Origin: Clostridia bacterium
Lineage (GTDB): Bacteria > Bacillota > Clostridia > UBA1212 > DUPL01
Reading direction: 5' to 3'
Length of the DNA: 64,000 bases
Assembly (NCBI GenBank): GCA_050951325.1
Contig: JBMNIW010000012.1
Coordinates: forward strand, 288,001-352,000
Shown here: piece after piece, positions 56,753-64,000 of the stretch
Position numbering within the stretch: the stretch's first letter is position 1
How the letters are laid out: each line of letters opens with the position of its first letter
Made by a program: the position numbers and the translations under genes
The notes under the pieces: model-generated
What the model was told of the DNA's origin: nothing
The model's input: the letters and a program-made list of their open reading frames with translations, nothing else
Database searches by the model: none

Positions 56753-57739
56753 CTACTCCGCACTTTTAACTTCGTTTTCGCTTGCCATTCCATAATACTT
56801 GTACCCGTTAAGCTCTTTAGGTAGTCTTACAACTATTTCAAAATATGTATCCCTGTCAAATTGTGCTGTTTTTGCATTAATGCCAAGCTGTTTGAAAACT
56901 GCAACACTTTTCTTTATGCCCGAGATGAAGGAATCAATCTCGTTTAACGCATCCTTGACGCCAGGATGTTTTTCCTGCACCTTGCTGGCTCCTTTTCCCT
57001 GGGAAAAGTAACTATCGCTCTTCTTATCACCCTTCGCAGCTTCCAGTGTCTTGGAAATTAACAACTCCGTCTCGGCTACCGAAAACGCCCTGTCTGTAAC
57101 TATCTTCAATACTTTCAGCTGAAGCTGTTCATTCGGCAGTCTGAGAAGAGCCCTTGCATGTCTCTCAGTAAGGCCGTGTTCGCTTAAAACCTTAACCACA
57201 TTCGGAGAAAGCCTCAAAAGCCTTATCTTATTGGCTATTGCAGACTGACTTTTTCCAACTCTTCTTGCCACTTCTTCCTGTGTCATTCCATGCTCAACTA
57301 TTAATCTATTGTATGCTTCAGCTAGTTCCATGTAATCAAGATCTTCTCGTTGAATGTTTTCCACAATTGCGTGTATTGCTGCCTCGTTGTCATTAATACT
57401 TAATACAATCGCAGGAATATCTGTTTTTCCTGCTATTAGAGATGCCCTGTACCTTCTTTCGCCAGATATAATCTCATAATAACCATCGCCCATATCCCTG
57501 ACAAGAATAGGCTGAAGAACTCCAAACTCCCTAATTGACTCAGACAATTCATTCAAGGACAAAGTTTGAAAAATCTTTCGCGGTTGAAAAGGACTACATC
57601 TGAGACGATCAAGAGGTATTCGAACTACATTTTCCTGGTAATCCTTCTTTTGTTCAACGCTCTTTCTCAAGTCTCTCAGTCTCACAAAATCACTTCTTCT
57701 TTCAGTTTTTGTATAGTATTTTTCATTATACTTGTCCAC
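56753..57739 (-). CDS. noc: ParB-family nucleoid occlusion protein
   Basis: PFQPRK, GVLQPI, ISGERRYRA, ENIQREDL, SQSAIANKIRLL, LTERHARALL; follows rsmG. Confidence 0.85.
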   Translation of the reverse strand: MDKYNEKYYTKTERRSDFVRLRDLRKSVEQKKDYQENVVRIPLDRLRCSPFQPRKIFQTLSLNELSESIREFGVLQPILVRDMGDGYYEIISGERRYRASLIAGKTDIPAIVLSINDNEAAIHAIVENIQREDLDYMELAEAYNRLIVEHGMTQEEVARRVGKSQSAIANKIRLLRLSPNVVKVLSEHGLTERHARALLRLPNEQLQLKVLKIVTDRAFSVAETELLISKTLEAAKGDKKSDSYFSQGKGASKVQEKHPGVKDALNEIDSFISGIKKSVAVFKQLGINAKTAQFDRDTYFEIVVRLPKELNGYKYYGMASENEVKSAE

Positions 57740-57781
57740 ATATATTTTTCAACACTACACAAAAGTGAGAAACTTGATTTT

Positions 57782-57807
57782 TTCGACATTTTCGACATGC
57801 TTCGACA
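57782..57807 (-). promoter_or_regulatory. Three tandem Spo0A boxes
   Basis: TTCGACA (reverse complement TGTCGAA) at 57782, 57791 and 57801. Confidence 0.7.
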
Positions 57808-57817
57808 AAAATACCTA

Positions 57818-58540
57818 TCAAATAAGAGGCTTTTTTGTCGGTACACCAGGTTTTCTTGGATAATTTGTCGAAGTCTTTTTATCCTTTTTGAAAATATATA
57901 TTATTCTTTGTATAACTTCATCGTCTTTTTCCAGCTCAAGAAATTCCTTTTTATAAAATATTCCACCCAGTACTTCCAACGCTTTTTCGTAGTTATCCTC
58001 TTCTTTTGCCCCCTTCATGGCCAGAAAATAACCGTTAACCTTTACAAGTGGAATACAGTACTCAAGCAGTACAGGCATTTGTGCAACAGCCCTGGCTGTA
58101 GCAAAATCATACCTTTCCCTATGTTCTTTATTCTTTCCTATCTCTTCAGCTCTGGCATGAATGGCATTAATATCCTTGAGGCCAAGCTCGTCCACCACAT
58201 CATTTAAAAAAGCCACCCTTTTTATCAAGGAGTCCACAAGGGTAATTTTCAAATCCGGGCAAACTATTTTCAGAGGTATGCCGGGAAAACCTGCACCCGT
58301 ACCTATGTCAACAAGGCTTTTACCCTTAAGCTCCTGTATATATGGATACAAGGTAAGAGAATCAAGAAAGTGCTTCACTGCAATATCCTCATCTTCAGTA
58401 ATAGCAGTAAGATTTACAACCTTGTTTCTTTCCTTAAGCATCGAAGAATAGGAGCGAAACATCGTCACCTGTTCATCCGACAGTTGTATACCAAACCTTT
58501 TTGCACCTTCGTAAAGCATCTCAACAGCCTTTTTATTCAT
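57818..58540 (-). CDS. rsmG: 16S rRNA m7G527 methyltransferase
   Basis: NLTAI, KHFLDSL, DIGTGAGFPG, ARAVA, YPRKPG. Confidence 0.96.
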   Translation of the reverse strand: MNKKAVEMLYEGAKRFGIQLSDEQVTMFRSYSSMLKERNKVVNLTAITEDEDIAVKHFLDSLTLYPYIQELKGKSLVDIGTGAGFPGIPLKIVCPDLKITLVDSLIKRVAFLNDVVDELGLKDINAIHARAEEIGKNKEHRERYDFATARAVAQMPVLLEYCIPLVKVNGYFLAMKGAKEEDNYEKALEVLGGIFYKKEFLELEKDDEVIQRIIYIFKKDKKTSTNYPRKPGVPTKKPLI

Positions 58541-60456
58541 TATTTTTCCTTCCTTCTTGTCAGATAGATATACAAAGCGGTAATATCCGCAGGAGATACT
58601 CCCAGTATCCTGCTTGCCTGTCCGATGGAGGCAGGCCTTACTTTACTTAGCTTCTCTCTTGCCTCCATGCTTAGATTGCTGATTTCATCGTAATCAATGT
58701 CTTCAGGTAGAAGTTTCTTCTCCAGCTTTTTGAACTGCTCCACCTGCTGAAGCTGAAGCTTTATATATCCTGAGTATTTGACGTTGATACACACCTGTTC
58801 TATTACGCTTTTAGGTAGATACTTTCTTTCGTAATCAAGACCCTTGTCTTTTAAGTTGAGTTCCTCAATTGCCAACACATCTTCATAGTCAACTTCAGGT
58901 CTTTTCAAAAGATCTTCCAACGAAGCACCGCTTTTCAAAGGAGTTGACCCTATTTTCTCCATATACTCTATTACACTTGGGGTAGGAGATACATGTGTCT
59001 TTGACAACCTGTCAAGTTCTACTTTTACAAGCCTGTATTTTTCCTTAAAGTTAGCATATCTTTCTTCAGATATCAGTCCGACTTTGTATCCTTTCTCAGT
59101 AAGTCTTTCATCCGCATTATCCTGCCTTAAAAGAAGCCTGTATTCACTTGCTGATGTCATCATTCTGTAAGGCTCCCTTGTGCCTCTTGTTACCAGGTCA
59201 TCTATGAGTACACCTATATATGCTTCGGATCTGTCAATAAAAAGAGGGTCCTTTCCCTGAAGCTTCAAGGCACAGTTTATGCCCGCAACAAGACCTTGGG
59301 CGGCAGCTTCCTCATAACCTGATGAACCGTTTATCTGTCCGGCAAAATACAGTCCATCCACGAACCTGCTCTCAAGAGTCAGTTTCAAAACCCTTGCATC
59401 TATTGCATCATATTCTATTGCATATGCAGGCCTCATAACGGAAACATTCTCAAGACCTTCAACACTTCTCATAAACTCAATCTGTACATCCTCAGGAAGG
59501 CTTGAAGACATGCCCTGAAGATACATCTCTTCCGTATCGGCACCCATTGGCTCAACAAAAACCTGATGCCTGTCCTTGTCTGAAAACCTAACCATCTTAT
59601 CTTCCAATGAAGGACAATACCTAGGACCAATTCCTTCAATAGATCCGTTGTACATTGGAGACCGGTGTATATTTTCAAGTATTATTTCCTTTGTCTTTAT
59701 ATTAGTATGGGTAAGCCAGCAGGGTATCTGGTCTATTTCCAATTCTTCGGTCTCGAAAGAGAAGGGGACTGCCTCCTCATCTCCGGGCTGGGGAACCATG
59801 TTGGAAAAGTCTATGCTCCTTCTATTTACCCTGGCAGGAGTACCTGTTTTAAGTCTTATCAATTTAAATCCCAGATTTGTTAAAGTATCAGACAATCGAA
59901 TGGATGGAAACAGTCCGTCAGGCCCGCTCTGGAAACTGACATCACCAATTATTATTCTTCCATTCAAAAAAGTACCCGTGCATACAATGGCAGACTTGCA
60001 TTTGTAGACAGCACCGGTATGAGTCACCACATGGGTAACCTTCCTTACTCCATCTTCCTCAACAGTTTCCATATCAACAATTTCAGCCTGTTTCAGATCA
60101 AGGTTTTCCTGTAGTTCCAGAACATGCTTCATTTCCTGCTGATACTTTCTCCTGTCTATCTGAGCTCTTAAAGACTGTACAGCAGGTCCTTTTCCCTTGT
60201 TGAGCATCCTTATCTGAATTGCTGATTTATCTACAATTTTGGCCATAACGCCACCTAAGGCATCAATCTCTCTAACCAGCTGACCCTTTGCAGAGCCACC
60301 AATACTGGGATTGCATGCCATGTTGGCTACACTGTCCAGATTCATTGCAAATATTACGGTTTTAACGCCAAGTTTAGCACAAGCCAAGGCAGCCTCGCAA
60401 CCTGCATGGCCTGCTCCAATAACTGCGACATCATATTCTCCAGCTATAAATCTCAA
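58540..60456 (-). CDS. mnmG: tRNA uridine-5-carboxymethylaminomethyl modification enzyme
   Basis: GAGHAG, CNPSIGG, GPRYCPS, AGQINGSSGYEEAAAQG; TTG start inferred. Confidence 0.96.
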   Translation of the reverse strand: MRFIAGEYDVAVIGAGHAGCEAALACAKLGVKTVIFAMNLDSVANMACNPSIGGSAKGQLVREIDALGGVMAKIVDKSAIQIRMLNKGKGPAVQSLRAQIDRRKYQQEMKHVLELQENLDLKQAEIVDMETVEEDGVRKVTHVVTHTGAVYKCKSAIVCTGTFLNGRIIIGDVSFQSGPDGLFPSIRLSDTLTNLGFKLIRLKTGTPARVNRRSIDFSNMVPQPGDEEAVPFSFETEELEIDQIPCWLTHTNIKTKEIILENIHRSPMYNGSIEGIGPRYCPSLEDKMVRFSDKDRHQVFVEPMGADTEEMYLQGMSSSLPEDVQIEFMRSVEGLENVSVMRPAYAIEYDAIDARVLKLTLESRFVDGLYFAGQINGSSGYEEAAAQGLVAGINCALKLQGKDPLFIDRSEAYIGVLIDDLVTRGTREPYRMMTSASEYRLLLRQDNADERLTEKGYKVGLISEERYANFKEKYRLVKVELDRLSKTHVSPTPSVIEYMEKIGSTPLKSGASLEDLLKRPEVDYEDVLAIEELNLKDKGLDYERKYLPKSVIEQVCINVKYSGYIKLQLQQVEQFKKLEKKLLPEDIDYDEISNLSMEAREKLSKVRPASIGQASRILGVSPADITALYIYLTRRKEK

Positions 60457-60469
60457 TTTTGTTCCCTTC

Positions 60470-61852
60470 CTATTTACCAAGACAAAATCTCGAAAAAATG
60501 TTGTTCAATACTTCTTCGTTTACCGAAGCCCCTGTAATCTCTCCTAAAGTATTCACGCCATTCCATATGTCAAAGGCTATAATATCCAGAGGCATTCCAG
60601 TGTTGTAGTTTTCAACGGCTTTCTTTAGTGATGCAAGGCTTGTGTCTATAAGGGTTTTGTGTCTTGCGTTTGTAATTATGTTTTCAGTGTTTATTCCAAT
60701 TTTCTCTTCAGAAAAATACTTTTTTATCCTGTCGAAAACTTCTTTTACGCCTATGTCTTCTGTAAGTGATGTTTCAATAACGTCGTAATTCTTTAATTTT
60801 CTTCCAAGTTCTTCGAGGTAATTCGTTTCAATGTCAATTTTGTTGAGTATTACTATGAGCGGTTTCTTTATGGACAGTATCTTTTCTTCAATATCAGGTT
60901 CGGTACTGTCTATCATGTATATTACAATATCTGCTTCTTCTATCTTTTCTTCTGCCCTTTTAACTCCTATTTGTTCTATTACATCTTCTGTTTCCCTGAT
61001 ACCGGCGGTATCAGTTAAAATAACAGGTATTCCGTCAATTTCAATATATTCTTCAATCGTATCCCTAGTGGTTCCAGGTATGGAAGATACTATTGCCCTG
61101 TTGTATCCTGTAAGTGCGTTCATAAGGGACGATTTGCCTACGTTTGGTTTTCCTGCAATAGTTATCTTCAGGCCTTCCCTTATCAATCTTCCCTGTCTGT
61201 AGCTTTTAGACAGATCCTCAAGTTCAATAATAACACTATTCAGGGTTTTCATTGTTACATCTGCAGTAACGAGTTCAGATTCGTATTCCGGATAATCTAT
61301 ATTTACTTCAATTTCAGCAAGCACCGAGACCAGCCCCTGTCTGATTCTCTCTATCTGTTTTGACAATCTTCCACCAAGCTGATCTATTGCTGCTTTTCTA
61401 GCCTCTTCGGTATGAGAATTTATTAGGTCCATGACAGCTTCCGCTTCGGACAAGTCTATTCTACCGTTCAAAAATGCACGCTTTGTAAACTCACCCGGCT
61501 CGGCACTTCTTGCTCCCATGCGGAATACCAGCTCCAGAACCCTTCTTAATACTGCATAGCTGCCATGACAGTTTATCTCTATAACATCTTCCTTGGTATA
61601 TGTGTTAGGAGCATCCATTCTCGTCAGCATACATTCGTCAAGAATCTCGCCGCTTTCCGGATCCCTGATAAATCCATACTTTATGGTGTGGGTTGGCATG
61701 TTTAGAACAAAGTCCCCTAAACGACCATAAGCCATGCAAAATATCCTGTTTGCAATGGCTACTGATTCCTTCCCACTTATTCTTATTATGCCGATTCCGC
61801 CTCTTCCGGGCGGTGTTGAAATTGCTGCTATTGTGTCTTCAACATAGTTCAT
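60470..61852 (-). CDS. mnmE: tRNA modification GTPase
   Basis: DTIAAIST, GKPNVGKSS, GTTRD, DTAG, FCLGK. Confidence 0.96.
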   Translation of the reverse strand: MNYVEDTIAAISTPPGRGGIGIIRISGKESVAIANRIFCMAYGRLGDFVLNMPTHTIKYGFIRDPESGEILDECMLTRMDAPNTYTKEDVIEINCHGSYAVLRRVLELVFRMGARSAEPGEFTKRAFLNGRIDLSEAEAVMDLINSHTEEARKAAIDQLGGRLSKQIERIRQGLVSVLAEIEVNIDYPEYESELVTADVTMKTLNSVIIELEDLSKSYRQGRLIREGLKITIAGKPNVGKSSLMNALTGYNRAIVSSIPGTTRDTIEEYIEIDGIPVILTDTAGIRETEDVIEQIGVKRAEEKIEEADIVIYMIDSTEPDIEEKILSIKKPLIVILNKIDIETNYLEELGRKLKNYDVIETSLTEDIGVKEVFDRIKKYFSEEKIGINTENIITNARHKTLIDTSLASLKKAVENYNTGMPLDIIAFDIWNGVNTLGEITGASVNEEVLNNIFSRFCLGK

Positions 61853-62526
61853 TAGTATCTCTTTCTATATGAACCTCTGTATTTGTTGTTGCGAAGATTT
61901 GCATTAGGTTTCAATCTAACTGTTACACACCTGTTTGGCTCTTCTCCCTGACTTACGGTCTCTACATATTCATGATTCTGCAGTTCAGTGTGGATTATTC
62001 TTCTTTCATATGCCTGCATAGGATCAAGAGAAACAGGTCTTCTGTATCTGACAACTTTTGCTGCGGTTCTGTTTGCAAGGCTTCTTAGATTTTCTTCTTT
62101 CTTCTTTCTGTAATCTTCCACGTCAACAATAACACGTCTGTAATTTTCCTTTTCCTTGTTGATAATCAGGTTGGAGAGATAATTAAGCGCCTGGAGAGTG
62201 TCTCCATGCCTGCCTATAAGGAATGCAACATCCTCGCCATAGATGTCAGCCCTCAATGCATCTTCGTTATTCTCAATATTCAATCTTACCTCAACGTCCA
62301 TTGTATCCACAACAATACCTAAAAACTCTCTCAATACCTTACTATCCGGTTTGTTTTCCGTAACTCTGACTCTAGCTTCCTTGCCTCCAAACAAACCCAA
62401 TACTGCTTTTGAACCTTCATCAAGAATATCTACTTCCGCATCTTCAAGGTCAATATTGAGTTCCGCCAAAGCCGCATTAATGGCTTCGTCTACTGTACGT
62501 CCGCTTTTTTCAACACTCTTTGCCAT
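61852..62526 (-). CDS. jag: Jag/EloR (KhpB) RNA-binding protein
   Basis: Jag N-domain, KH LIGRHG, R3H ERRIIH. Confidence 0.94.
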   Translation of the reverse strand: MAKSVEKSGRTVDEAINAALAELNIDLEDAEVDILDEGSKAVLGLFGGKEARVRVTENKPDSKVLREFLGIVVDTMDVEVRLNIENNEDALRADIYGEDVAFLIGRHGDTLQALNYLSNLIINKEKENYRRVIVDVEDYRKKKEENLRSLANRTAAKVVRYRRPVSLDPMQAYERRIIHTELQNHEYVETVSQGEEPNRCVTVRLKPNANLRNNKYRGSYRKRY

Positions 62527-63407
62527 TATACATTACCTTCTTTCTTTTTTTGAAAAACTTTCTTAGTTATATAATTCTGTCCTATTCCAAGTACATTGCC
62601 TATTATCCAGTACAGACCTACACCTGCAGGAACATTGAATGTAATGAGCAATGATATTATCGGCATGATTTTGGTCATCGTTTCCAAAGGATTAGATGCT
62701 TTCTCTTTTTCGTCTTCCTTCTTTTTCTTATTAGCGCTGTTTGCTGTTGTGGTCTTTTGTATAAGATATGACGTTAGTGCGGATATAATTGGTATCAAAA
62801 GCAAGGGCAAATAAACCTTTGGATCTGAAAACAACTTTGACAGGGATGGCGTCATACCAAGATCAAATATCTTCAAGAACTTCATGTTCAGGAGCTGTCC
62901 TCCGGTAATGTGTTCCGACACTTCCGCCAGCTTGTCCGTATTCTTTAGGAAAAAGTCATTGATTACTATTTCGCTTACAGCTTTACTTTTTGATATGTTC
63001 TGGGCATTTGCCACAAATTTTTGAAGTGCGGTTATTGCGGTAATGGAAACACCGGATATATAGGTCAATGGCTGGGTTACTATGCGATACAACGAAATAA
63101 TAAGTGGGAATTGAATCAACGTAGGCAAGCAACCTGCCATGGGATTTATGTTATACTTTTGGTATAACTTCATCTGCTCCTCATTTAATTTTTCCTTGTC
63201 ATTTTTGTACAGTCGTCTTAGTTCTTCTATTTCTGGTTGGAGTTCCTGATTTCTGAGCAATGACTTTTGCTGTTTCAAGTTAAGGGGAAAAAGCAATATT
63301 CTTACGAATATTGTGAAATATATCAAAGTAAGCCCATAGCTTTGAAAGGCAATTGTGTCATATATCAGTTTCATTAGTACTCCGAACGGCTTGATTATAA
63401 AATTCAA
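62526..63407 (-). CDS. yidC: Membrane protein insertase YidC
   Basis: NPMAGCLPTLIQFP, PAGVGLYW. Confidence 0.94.
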   Translation of the reverse strand: MNFIIKPFGVLMKLIYDTIAFQSYGLTLIYFTIFVRILLFPLNLKQQKSLLRNQELQPEIEELRRLYKNDKEKLNEEQMKLYQKYNINPMAGCLPTLIQFPLIISLYRIVTQPLTYISGVSITAITALQKFVANAQNISKSKAVSEIVINDFFLKNTDKLAEVSEHITGGQLLNMKFLKIFDLGMTPSLSKLFSDPKVYLPLLLIPIISALTSYLIQKTTTANSANKKKKEDEKEKASNPLETMTKIMPIISLLITFNVPAGVGLYWIIGNVLGIGQNYITKKVFQKKKEGNV

Positions 63408-63429
63408 GTTATGCTACACTTCCTTTTAC

Positions 63430-63648
63430 TTATTTTACAGGGTCATATCCTCCTTTGTTAAAAGGATTGCACCTTAAAATTCTCCAAATTGACATCACAA
63501 GTCCTTTTACAGCGCCATGTTTTTCTATTGCTTCAATTGCATACGATGAACATGTAGGATAAAACCTGCAGCAAGGTCTTTTCAAAGGTGACAAATATTT
63601 TTTATATATGCCGATGATCCAAATTAATACCCTTTTCAGCTTAATCAC
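63430..63648 (-). CDS. yidD: Membrane protein insertion efficiency factor
   Basis: [24 protein letters not shown]. Confidence 0.95.
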   Translation of the reverse strand: MIKLKRVLIWIIGIYKKYLSPLKRPCCRFYPTCSSYAIEAIEKHGAVKGLVMSIWRILRCNPFNKGGYDPVK

Positions 63649-64000
63649 TTTCTTCTTTTTTGAAAATTCCCAGTTTCATACCAAGCTTCTTGAATTCGCT
63701 ATCTATATCATGAAACGACGGCAAAGAAACGGCCTTTAGTCTGTTGTTTGGTGTTTTTGCTGCCCGGACGGTCGACTTTACCAAAATTACTATGTCGTAT
63801 CCTGTCAATATGCTGTCTTCACTCAATCTGTAACTTTCGCGAATTAGTCTTTTGACTCTGTTTCTTTGTACAGCAATGCCAACTTTCTTGCTGATGGAGA
63901 TGCCCACTCTGTTGTATGAAAAACCGTTTTCCAATGCATACACCACAATATGTTTTCCTGCCTTGTACTTGCCCTTTTTAAAGACTCTTGAGAACTCTCT
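63641..64000 (-). CDS. rnpA: Ribonuclease P protein component (5' end outside window)
   Basis: [10 protein letters not shown]...[24 protein letters not shown] (RNR motif). Confidence 0.93.
   Translation of the reverse strand, partial: REFSRVFKKGKYKAGKHIVVYALENGFSYNRVGISISKKVGIAVQRNRVKRLIRESYRLSEDSILTGYDIVILVKSTVRAAKTPNNRLKAVSLPSFHDIDSEFKKLGMKLGIFKKEESD

Overview
Chromosomal window from a low-GC, probably spore-forming Clostridia genome. The 16S signature and the noc/gyrA and msmX-cdaR-ftsEX gene order resemble Acetivibrio/Ruminiclostridium-like lineages (from recollection, not a search). It lies just inside the rnpA side of oriC, and almost all core genes are on the minus (leading) strand. 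From left to right: a znuABC-type metal uptake operon with a 7-1-7 Fur-family box; mrp; a Zn-phospholipase-like gene; vanZ; an AraC/GH2-linked surface glycan locus with two atypical GH99-like proteins and two paralogous lipoproteins; an ABC transporter-DUF1854-darA operon; a heavily deleted prophage at tRNA-Cys (decayed integrase, MuF minor capsid with C-terminal toxin-like domain, candidate immunity gene, head genes); five tRNAs; hslO, csp, ctpA-envC-ftsXE, cdaR, msmX; two tandem rRNA operons whose 16S genes differ by a helix-44 expansion; gyrA without gyrB; a fabT-type fatty-acid cluster; a catalytically dead RAYT-like gene; and noc-rsmG-mnmG-mnmE-jag-yidC-yidD-rnpA. Best candidate for an undescribed system: an intact promoter / toxin-domain / immunity / terminator cassette inside the decayed prophage MuF gene, whose sigma-A promoter is encoded within the protein linker. 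All calls come from reading the sequence; no database searches were run.
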